Source of the DNA: Bacillales bacterium | GTDB lineage: Bacteria > Bacillota > Bacilli > Bacillales > DASSOY01 | DNA length: 64,000 nt | Assembly (NCBI GenBank): GCA_035700025.1 | Contig: DASSOY010000072.1 | Coordinates: 80,771 to 144,770 of the forward strand | Direction: 5' to 3' | In this document: one piece after another, positions 56,981 through 64,000 of the stretch | How the letters are laid out: the number at the start of each line of letters is the position of its first letter | Numbering within the stretch: the first letter of the stretch is position 1 | The notes under the pieces: model-generated | What the model saw: the letters and a program-made list of their open reading frames with translations, nothing else | The model's database searches: none | What the model was told of the DNA's origin: nothing | Program-made: the position numbers and the translations under genes

Positions 56981-57301
56981 TTACACCGTTTCGAGGAAAT
57001 TTCTTACTTGATCCGGTGTTTTCGCATTAGCGCTGTGCAAATGGGCGATTTTTTTCCCGTCCTTAAAAACGAGCAAACTCGGAATCCCTAACACTTCATA
57101 CGTTTCGGCAAGTTCGGGAAATTCGTCGCGGTTGACTTCATACCATTTTTTATCATCATAATCGTTCACGATGTCGCCGATGAACATGTCCATGCGGCGG
57201 CAATCCGGGCACCAGCCGGCCTCGAATTTCATGATCGTTTCTTGGTCGCTTTCAATCAGCTGCCGAAATTGTTCGACAGACGTTACTTTTTCCAAAGTCA
57301 T
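56981..57301 (-). CDS. Thioredoxin-family protein
   Basis: 106 aa. WCPDC active site and GIPSLLVFKDGK. Confidence 0.88.
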   Translation of the reverse strand: MTLEKVTSVEQFRQLIESDQETIMKFEAGWCPDCRRMDMFIGDIVNDYDDKKWYEVNRDEFPELAETYEVLGIPSLLVFKDGKKIAHLHSANAKTPDQVRNFLETV

Positions 57302-57430
57302 CTTCCTTTCCGCTAGGCTTGTTTTCTAGTATACCGAAAAACGAAGCGCTTGCGTAACCATGTGCTTACGGTTTTCGTTTGTACGGATTCGGGTATCATA
57401 ACGACGTATGAATTAGAAAGGGTGAGAGGA

Positions 57431-57874
57431 ATGGCATCGACATTTCGGGAGGTACGCATAAAAAGTACGACCGTCGGCCTGAAAAGCGTCGTGGAGGCGG
57501 CTGATCACACGTTTAACTTGGACGAACCAGCGGCGATCGGCGGAACGAATACGGGACCGAACCCTCTTGAAGCGTTTCTCGGCGCACTCGCCGGATGTGA
57601 AAACGTAACGGCGCGATTCGTTGCCAAGGAAATGGATTTTGATCTTGCGGGCATGACGTTCGAGATTTCCGGCAGTTACGACAGCCGCGGGCTGAAAAGC
57701 GGGGCGGAAGTGCGTCCAAATTTTCGAACCCTCGAAATTCGCGTGAATGTGGAAACGACGGAATCGGAGGAACGGTTGAAACGGCTGCAAGAGGAAACCG
57801 ACCGCCGTTGCCCGGTTTTTTCCACGCTTGAAGCGGCCGGCATTGAGGTTTCAATCGATTGGCGAAAGGTGTAG
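57431..57874 (+). CDS. OsmC/Ohr-family peroxiredoxin-like protein
   Basis: ATG 57431. GPNPLEAFLGALAGCE and the second Cys in RRCPVF. Confidence 0.85.
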   Translation: MASTFREVRIKSTTVGLKSVVEAADHTFNLDEPAAIGGTNTGPNPLEAFLGALAGCENVTARFVAKEMDFDLAGMTFEISGSYDSRGLKSGAEVRPNFRTLEIRVNVETTESEERLKRLQEETDRRCPVFSTLEAAGIEVSIDWRKV

Positions 57875-57946
57875 TTCACAGCATGTTCAATTTCTTCTTG
57901 GCAAAGTATGATAAAATAAAGAAAAAAAAGAAGGAATTGATCTTTC

Positions 57947-58507
57947 GTGTCCCTACGATATGCGATTTTAGGATTGCTCTCGGAGCAAGACGCGAGCGGT
58001 TATGAATTGACGCAGCGTTTTAAAGAGACGATGATTCATTTCTGGCATGCCCATCATACGCAAATCTACCGCGAGTTGGCGAAAATGGAGCAGGAAGAGC
58101 TCGTCGGCCACCGCGACGTCCATCAAGACGATCATCCCGACAAAAAAGTGTATTCGATTACCGATGAAGGGTTTCTTGCCTTGTTGAAATGGCTGACGGA
58201 AGGGGAAATCGCTCCGCCCAAACTGAAGGACGGCCGGCTTTTGAAAATCTCTTTGTTTCATCTCATTTCCGCCGACAAAGCAATCGCGCAGCTGGAAAAA
58301 AGCAAGAAGGACCATAAAGAAACGTTGAAGTCGATGAAAGAATGGAAGAAACACTATTCGTCGGAGTTTCTCGAAAACCAGATCGGCGAATATTTAACGC
58401 TCGAATACGGGATTCGTTCGATGACGACATGGATCGAATGGAGCGATTGGGCGATCGGCATTTTGAAAAAGAAGAAATTCGCGGAAAAAGAAAAAACGAA
58501 AAGCTAA
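57947..58507 (+). CDS. PadR-family transcriptional regulator
   Basis: (M)SLRYAILGLLSEQDASGYELTQRF...IYRELAKMEQEELV, a winged HTH with a C-terminal dimerisation region. GTG start. Confidence 0.85.
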   Translation: MSLRYAILGLLSEQDASGYELTQRFKETMIHFWHAHHTQIYRELAKMEQEELVGHRDVHQDDHPDKKVYSITDEGFLALLKWLTEGEIAPPKLKDGRLLKISLFHLISADKAIAQLEKSKKDHKETLKSMKEWKKHYSSEFLENQIGEYLTLEYGIRSMTTWIEWSDWAIGILKKKKFAEKEKTKS

Positions 58508-58544
58508 GGCGCGTTGAACAGCACCCTGGCTTTTCGTTTCTTTG

Positions 58545-59432
58545 TTACAGGAAGCGGTAGTTTTTGCTCGCGAGGGTTCGCGATATGAGCGGTTTGACGA
58601 TGTCGACCGCTTTTTTCAAGGCTGCCGTGTCGATGCCGGTGTCGATTCCCATTTCGTGCAGCATAAACACGACATCTTCGGTCGCCACATTTCCCGTGGC
58701 GCCCGGCGCAAACGGGCAGCCGCCGAGTCCGCCGGCCGAAGCGTCGAACCGCGAAACGCCGGCCTGCAAGGCGGCGAAAACGTTCGCGAGCGCGGTGCCG
58801 TGCGTATCGTGAAAATGACCCGCGATCAACGTCTCCGCCGGCAATACCTGCTTCAATTTTATAAAAAGTTCATACACTTGTTTCGGGTTGGCCATGCCGA
58901 TCGTGTCGGCGACGCTTAATTCGTCCGCCCCGTAATCGACGAACCGCTTGCACAGCGCCAGCGTCTCCTCGGCGTTCACTTTCCCTTCATAAGGACAGTG
59001 AAAGGCTGTCGAAATGCACGCCCGTACAAAATAGCCTTTTTCTTTCAGTTCGGCGATCAGCGGTTTCAGTTCAGCCATGCTTTCATCGGTCGATTTGTTA
59101 ATGTTTTTCTTGTTGAATGCGGCACTTACGCCGACGAAAACGGCCGCGTTTTTGCAATCCGTTTCATACAGCCGCTCGACGCCTTTGGCGTTCGGCACTA
59201 ACACATAATTCCGCCCGTCATCGTTCACCGCCCGAATAACCTCTGCGGCATCTTTCATTTGCGGCACCCATTTCGGCGACACGAACGACGTTACTTCCAT
59301 CTCGCGAAGGCCGGCTCGTTTCAAAGCCTCGATGAAGGCGATTTTTGCCTCGGTCGCGACGAGGTTCTTCTCGTTTTGCAAGCCGTCCCGGGGGCCGACC
59401 TCAATGATTTCCACGCGTTCCGGCAATTTCAT
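58545..59432 (-). CDS. Hydroxymethylglutaryl-CoA lyase
   Basis: VEIIEVGPRDGLQNE, GHFHDTHGTALANV and GLGGCPFAPGATGNVATEDV. Confidence 0.9.
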   Translation of the reverse strand: MKLPERVEIIEVGPRDGLQNEKNLVATEAKIAFIEALKRAGLREMEVTSFVSPKWVPQMKDAAEVIRAVNDDGRNYVLVPNAKGVERLYETDCKNAAVFVGVSAAFNKKNINKSTDESMAELKPLIAELKEKGYFVRACISTAFHCPYEGKVNAEETLALCKRFVDYGADELSVADTIGMANPKQVYELFIKLKQVLPAETLIAGHFHDTHGTALANVFAALQAGVSRFDASAGGLGGCPFAPGATGNVATEDVVFMLHEMGIDTGIDTAALKKAVDIVKPLISRTLASKNYRFL

Positions 59433-59587
59433 GGAATCCCCTCCGATTCGTCGGTTGTTTTTCTTTCATTGTATCATGTTCGCGCGAAGAGAGTGGACGG
59501 TCCCGCTGTTTTGCGGGAAAACTTGAAAACGTTTACGAAATCATCCTAAAATAGAGAAGAAAGCTAAGTTCGAAGGGAGAGGACGTC

Positions 59588-61528
59588 TTGACGAAAGCGG
59601 TATGGAGACCGACGGCCGCAGAAATGGAAAACACGCGGTTGTACCGATGGATGAAACAATTGGGGTTTACCGATTACGATGCGTTTTTTGAACATTCAAT
59701 CAAAGATGTCGGAGCGTTTTGGGATGAAGCGGTCCAAGCGATGGACGTCGAATGGTTTCAGCCGTACGATGACGTCTTGGATTTGTCGAAAGGGGTGCAG
59801 TGGCCGGCATGGTTTCAAGGCGGGCGGCTGAACGTCACGCACGCAGCTGTTGACCGGTGGCGCGAGGATCGAACGATGAAAGACGCGGCCGCCGTTATTT
59901 GGGAAGGTGAAGACGGCGACGTGCGTACGTATTCGTACAAAGCACTTTCCGATTGGGTGAATCGCGTGGCGCTCGGGCTGCGGGAACAAGGCATCGAAAG
60001 GGGCGATCGGGTCGTTCTGTACATGCCGATGATTCCGGAGACGGTTGCAGCGATGCTTGCATTGTCAAAAATCGGCGCGGTGTTTACACCGGCGTTTTCC
60101 GGGTATGGAGCGGAAGCGGTGGCGAAACGTATCGAAGCAGCCGGGGCGAAAATGCTCATTACTGCCGACGGCTTTTATCGGCGCGGCAAGGAGATTCCGA
60201 TGAAGGAGGAAGCCGACAAGGCGGCGAAACTTGCTGGTGGATTGGAAAAGGTCGTCGTCGTTGCGCGGACAGGACGCGAGATTCCATGGGATGATACTTG
60301 TGACGTGCGCTGGAGCGCGGTGGAGAAAGACGGCGCGTTTTTCCAGGCGGAAGCGATGAAAAGCGATGATCCGTTTATGCTCATTTATACGTCGGGGACG
60401 ACGGGGCGGCCGAAAGGGATCGTTCATACGCACAGCGGTTTTCCGATCAAAGCGGCGTTCGATGCCGGTTTTTGCATGGATTTGCGGGCGAACGACACGT
60501 TGTTTTGGATTACCGATATGGGCTGGATGATGGGACCGTTTCTCGTATACGGAGCGTTGTTGAATCAGGCTAAGATGGTCGTGTACGAAGGCTCTCCCGA
60601 CTATCCGAATCCAGACCGGGTGTGGCGATTGGTCGAGCAGCACCGGGTGACGCATCTCGGCATCTCGCCAACGTTGATCCGGGCGTTGATGAAAAAGGAA
60701 AGCCATTGGTACGAAAATTGCGACCTGTCTTCGCTCAGAGGCATTGGCTCGACCGGGGAGCCGTGGAATCCGGGGCCTTGGCATTGGTTGTTCGAGAAGA
60801 TCGGCCAAGCGCGCGTGCCGATATTCAACTATTCCGGGGGAACGGAAATTTCCGGCGGCATTCTCGGGAACGTGCCGGTGAAGCCGATTGCTCCGGTCGG
60901 TTTCAATGCGGCGTTGCCGGGTATGGACGCGGACGTTTATAATGCGGACGGCGAGCCGGTGCGCGGGGAAGTCGGTGAGCTCGTTTTGCGCCAGCCGTGG
61001 GTCGGGATGGCAAATGGTTTTTGGGGCGAACCGGAACGATACGAAAACACGTATTGGAGCCGCTGGGAAAATACGTGGGTGCACGGCGATTGGGTGGAAA
61101 TCGACGAGGAAGGCTTTTGGTACATTACCGGACGTTCCGATGATACGTTGAAAGTGGCCGGGAAACGGCTTGGGCCGGCGGAGATGGAATCGGTGCTCGT
61201 GAAGCACGATGCCGTCGTCGAAGCGGCGACGGTCGGGGTACCCGATGACGTAAAAGGCGAGGCCGCCGTTTGCTTCGTTGTGCTCGTCGGCGGAAGCGAA
61301 CGAGGGGAGCGGTTGGAACAAGAATTGACTGCCCTCGTCGCCGAAAATCTCGGCAAAGCGCTGAAGCCGAAGGCGATTCATTTTGTCGGCGACTTGCCGA
61401 AGACGCGGAACGCGAAAGTGATGCGGCGTGTAATCAGAGCCGCCTATTTAGGCGAAGAAACGGGAGATTTGTCGGCGTTGGAAAATCCGGATGCCGTCGA
61501 GGCGATTCGAGCGATAAATGGCCGATAA
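59588..61528 (+). CDS. AMP-forming acyl-CoA synthetase of the acetyl-/acetoacetyl-CoA synthetase family
   Basis: 646 aa. YTSGTTGRPKG and WITGRSDDTLKVAGKRLGPAEMES. TTG start after GGGAGAGGA. It is divergent from the HMG-CoA lyase gene, whose product acetoacetate it could activate (inference). Confidence 0.88.
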   Translation: MTKAVWRPTAAEMENTRLYRWMKQLGFTDYDAFFEHSIKDVGAFWDEAVQAMDVEWFQPYDDVLDLSKGVQWPAWFQGGRLNVTHAAVDRWREDRTMKDAAAVIWEGEDGDVRTYSYKALSDWVNRVALGLREQGIERGDRVVLYMPMIPETVAAMLALSKIGAVFTPAFSGYGAEAVAKRIEAAGAKMLITADGFYRRGKEIPMKEEADKAAKLAGGLEKVVVVARTGREIPWDDTCDVRWSAVEKDGAFFQAEAMKSDDPFMLIYTSGTTGRPKGIVHTHSGFPIKAAFDAGFCMDLRANDTLFWITDMGWMMGPFLVYGALLNQAKMVVYEGSPDYPNPDRVWRLVEQHRVTHLGISPTLIRALMKKESHWYENCDLSSLRGIGSTGEPWNPGPWHWLFEKIGQARVPIFNYSGGTEISGGILGNVPVKPIAPVGFNAALPGMDADVYNADGEPVRGEVGELVLRQPWVGMANGFWGEPERYENTYWSRWENTWVHGDWVEIDEEGFWYITGRSDDTLKVAGKRLGPAEMESVLVKHDAVVEAATVGVPDDVKGEAAVCFVVLVGGSERGERLEQELTALVAENLGKALKPKAIHFVGDLPKTRNAKVMRRVIRAAYLGEETGDLSALENPDAVEAIRAINGR

Positions 61529-61535
61529 GTCCGTT

Positions 61536-61570
61536 GGGCGGGCGTCATAAACGCTCGTCCTCCGCCTTTT
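61536..61570 (+). terminator. Possible terminator after the acyl-CoA synthetase gene
   Basis: GGCGG..GCG-loop-CGC..CCGCC followed by TTTT, with an irregular stem. Confidence 0.4.
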
Positions 61571-61649
61571 AATCGCCAAAATCCGACATTGTTTTAAACG
61601 TTTGTTTAATTAACGAAAATTTCGTCGAATCAAAGGAGCGGACGGTCCC

Positions 61650-62438
61650 ATGCGGTTAACCGGCAAACATGTGGTCATTACAGGCGCTTCGAGCGGCATC
61701 GGGGCGCAAATCGCTTTAAAAGTGGCCGGGCAAGGCGCGACGCCAGTTATGTTGGCACGTTCGGAGGAGAAATTGACAACCGTGTGCGAAAACATTAAGA
61801 ACGTCACGGGCGTCGATGCATTGCCTTACAAGCTGGATGTGAGCGACGCCTCGGCAGTTTCAGCCGTATTCGACCGTGTGTTGGACCGGCTCGGAACGAT
61901 CGATGTGCTCGTCAACAACGCTGGATTCGGCGTGTTCGACTTGTTTCATGAGGCAGACATTGATGAAGCGAAACGCATGCTGGACGTGAACGTCCTCGGC
62001 GTTATGGCATGCACGAGAAAGCTGCTCCCGCACTTTCTCGTACGCAACAGCGGCCACATCCTTAACATCGCTTCGCTCGCCGGCAAGGTGGCGACGCCGA
62101 AATCAGCCGTTTATTCGGCGACAAAGCACGCCGTTGTCGGCTTTTCCAACGCGCTTCGCCTGGAGCTGGCGGGTACGAACATCTACGTGACGACCGTGAA
62201 TCCCGGTCCGGTCGAAACGCACTTTTTCGGCATTGCCGATCCGTCCGGGGAATATGTGAAAAATGTGGCATCGTTCATGCTCGCGCCGGAGCAAGTCGCA
62301 GAGAAAGTGGCGGCGGCGATCGGCAAGCGGAAGCGCGAAATCAACGTACCGTTTTCGATGAACGTTGGCGCGCGCCTCTACCAAATGTTCCCGTCCGTAC
62401 TTGATTCGCTCGTCGGCAAATGGATGAACAAGAAATAA
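61650..62438 (+). CDS. Short-chain dehydrogenase/reductase (SDR)
   Basis: TGASSGIG, NNAG and YSATKHAV. Confidence 0.9.
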   Translation: MRLTGKHVVITGASSGIGAQIALKVAGQGATPVMLARSEEKLTTVCENIKNVTGVDALPYKLDVSDASAVSAVFDRVLDRLGTIDVLVNNAGFGVFDLFHEADIDEAKRMLDVNVLGVMACTRKLLPHFLVRNSGHILNIASLAGKVATPKSAVYSATKHAVVGFSNALRLELAGTNIYVTTVNPGPVETHFFGIADPSGEYVKNVASFMLAPEQVAEKVAAAIGKRKREINVPFSMNVGARLYQMFPSVLDSLVGKWMNKK

Positions 62439-62465
62439 GCGTACGGCGAAGCCGTACGCTTATTT
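62433..62465. terminator. Bidirectional terminator between the SDR and aldo/keto reductase genes
   Basis: Perfect 15 bp stem AAATAAGCGTACGGC-GAA-GCCGTACGCTTATTT. Confidence 0.9.
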
Positions 62466-62466
62466 C

Positions 62467-63375
62467 TCATCGATGTTTTTCATACACATTCGCGCGCGAA
62501 TAACCGCGAATGTCGGCGAGTTCCGCTTCCGTCAACGCCGCGTTCGCAGCGCCGATGTTCTCTTGCAACTGCTTCGAGCTGCTCGCCCCCGGAACCGCGG
62601 CGGCGACCGCGGGATGGCTCAAGGAATAGCGAAGGGCGATCTGCGCCGGAGTTCTCGTATCGCTCGCCATTGCTTCCACTTTTTTCGCAATTTCCACGAT
62701 CTCGTCCCGCTCGTAACCGAGAAACCCTTTTTCCGGCGTTTTCTTTTTCGCTCTTTCCGTCAGCATCCCTTTGGCGATCGGTCCGCGCGCGATCACGCTA
62801 ATGTCATTCTCCGCGAGGAGCGCCAACATTTCTTCCTCCGGCCGGCGGTCGAGAATGCTGTATTGCATCATGACACTCACCATGTTCGACCGTTTCACGT
62901 ACTCGCGAATTACGTTCGGGCGAATCGAAGAGATGCCGTATTCGCGAATGAGTCCTTCCTGCTTCAATTCTTCCAGGCCTTCGATTGATTCGTCGATCGG
63001 ATCGTCGATTGTGCCGCCGTGCAATTGAAACAGATCGACGTAGTCGGTCTCGAGCCGCTGCAAACTTTTTTTCAACGCTTCTTTCAAATAAGCTTTTGAC
63101 GGATCCCAATACCAGCCGTCCTTGCCTTCTTCCCAGCGGTTGCCGGCTTTCGTTGCCAATACGACTTCGTCGCGGCGGCCTTTCAACGCTTTGCCAAGCG
63201 TTTTTTCGATCGCCCCGAAATGGTAAAGGTCGGCCGTGTCAAAGAAATTGACGCCGCCTTCGATCGCCTCACGGATCATGCGAATGTCCTGTTTTTCGTT
63301 GTTGCCGAGCGACATCGTGCCAAACCCGATCTCGCTTACGCGCAGTTCCGATTTTCCGAGTCGATTCGTTTTCAT
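62467..63375 (-). CDS. Aldo/keto reductase (YqkF-like)
   Basis: ATG 63375 follows AGAGGAGGAAA. MKTNRLGKSELRVSEIGFGTMSLG, FFDTADLY, and LQRLETDYVDLFQLH. The ORF-track start at 63627 is an upstream extension without an RBS. Confidence 0.9.
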   Translation of the reverse strand: MKTNRLGKSELRVSEIGFGTMSLGNNEKQDIRMIREAIEGGVNFFDTADLYHFGAIEKTLGKALKGRRDEVVLATKAGNRWEEGKDGWYWDPSKAYLKEALKKSLQRLETDYVDLFQLHGGTIDDPIDESIEGLEELKQEGLIREYGISSIRPNVIREYVKRSNMVSVMMQYSILDRRPEEEMLALLAENDISVIARGPIAKGMLTERAKKKTPEKGFLGYERDEIVEIAKKVEAMASDTRTPAQIALRYSLSHPAVAAAVPGASSSKQLQENIGAANAALTEAELADIRGYSRANVYEKHR

Positions 63376-63482
63376 CCGATTTCCTCCTCTAAGTTTCGCT
63401 CCGTGCGTTGTGCCTTTGGTGTGCACGGTTATTGACGGCAAGCGTTCTCGTTTTTTTGCCGTAAACGTCGAAACCCGTATAC

Positions 63483-63674
63483 TTAAATGGTATCGCCGCT
63501 TTTCCGGATTGTCGAGCGAAGGAAATCGGAGCTCGAAGTTGGTTCCTTTGCTTGAACGCTTTTCGTCCATTGTTCGATTGTCTGGAACGTTCGCGCATAG
63601 TGACGAAGCGCGCTTTTCACTTGCCATGCTTTGCCGACGACGGTAATGCCGTTTTCTTTGACATAAATTTTCAT
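63483..63674 (-). CDS. Hypothetical small protein (63 aa)
   Basis: ATG follows CGGAGGGAC. MKIYVKENGITVVGKAWQVKSALRHYARTFQTIEQW. No family recognised; the C-terminal part looks low-complexity. Confidence 0.35.
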   Translation of the reverse strand: MKIYVKENGITVVGKAWQVKSALRHYARTFQTIEQWTKSVQAKEPTSSSDFLRSTIRKSGDTI

Positions 63675-63755
63675 GACGGTCCCTCCGTTTACAGCTTGTC
63701 CGATATGCTAAACTGTATGTGTGAGAGTGAAACGATAGAACAAGGAGAGGAACCG

Positions 63756-64000
63756 ATGGCTGATTTTAAAGAAATTACGTTGTCGACTGAGTCGATTTTT
63801 TCGGGAACCATCATTGATGTGAAAAGAGATCACGTCCAATTGCCGAACGGAAAAACGAGCCGGCGCGAACTCGTCTATCACCCCGGGGCGGTTGCGGTGA
63901 TTGCCGTCAATGACGAAGGCAACATTCTCATGGTGCGCCAGTTTCGCAAGCCGCTGGAGCGGACGTTAGTCGAAATTCCGGCAGGGAAGCTGGAAAAAGG
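63756..64000 (+). CDS. nudF: ADP-ribose pyrophosphatase NudF (Nudix), 5' part, running off the window
   Basis: ATG follows GGAGAGGA. MADFKEITLSTESIFSGTIIDVKRDHVQLPNGKTSRRELVYHPGAVAVIAV...EIPAGKLE. Confidence 0.85.
   Translation, partial: MADFKEITLSTESIFSGTIIDVKRDHVQLPNGKTSRRELVYHPGAVAVIAVNDEGNILMVRQFRKPLERTLVEIPAGKLEK

Noticed and set aside
63376-63627. An 84-codon N-terminal extension of the aldo/keto reductase ORF.
   Set aside because: AKR proteins start at MKTNRLGKSELRVSEIGFGT. A strong RBS (AGAGGAGG) precedes ATG 63375, and the extension has no homology features.
1-64000. CRISPR arrays, rRNA genes, IS elements, and any tRNA genes other than selC.
   Set aside because: I saw no regularly spaced 25-40 nt repeats, no rRNA-like conserved stretches and no transposase ORFs with terminal inverted repeats. 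The only TTCGA-type T-loop with a matching acceptor stem that I could find is the selC gene.

Overview
This is a chromosomal window from an endospore-forming Bacillaceae. Gene content and order follow the B. subtilis map: rodZ-pgsA-cinA-recA-rny-ymdB-spoVS, tdh-kbl-miaB-ricA-cotE-mutS-mutL, miaA-hfq, spoVK-hflX-ynbB-glnR-glnA, lexA/yneA-ynzC-tkt-sirA-yneF-ccdA-ccdC, citB, tlp. The window is almost fully coding, with many clean rho-independent terminators. I saw no rRNA, no CRISPR array and no transposon. The main accessory content concerns selenium. A roughly 6 kb selenocysteine-decoding island sits between a yneK-like gene and citB. It holds tRNA-Sec (selC), selB, selD, a SelW/Rdx-like gene, selA and a co-oriented trxB-like reductase. 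Two genes in the island carry in-frame TGA (Sec) codons that the ORF track splits or truncates: selD codon 15 (GGUGCK) and codon 13 of the SelW-like gene (CMQU). Each TGA is followed by a hairpin with the same AGUUU loop, a candidate bacterial SECIS. A tRNA 2-selenouridine synthase gene (selU) lies about 6.4 kb upstream of the island, and a GAGHAH-type flavoprotein of the kind often associated with SelD lies about 6.4 kb downstream. Other points worth a second look are a four-box DnaA-box/iteron-like repeat next to selC, a glutamine-synthetase-fold COOH-NH2 ligase-like gene between cotE and mutS, a lone tyrosine-recombinase-like gene with a degenerate catalytic set between hfq and spoVK, a stand-alone HD-GYP protein, and several recognisable operator sites (LexA, GlnR/TnrA, MntR-like, CcpC-like). 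All calls come from reading the sequence and from remembered family motifs. No searches were run.
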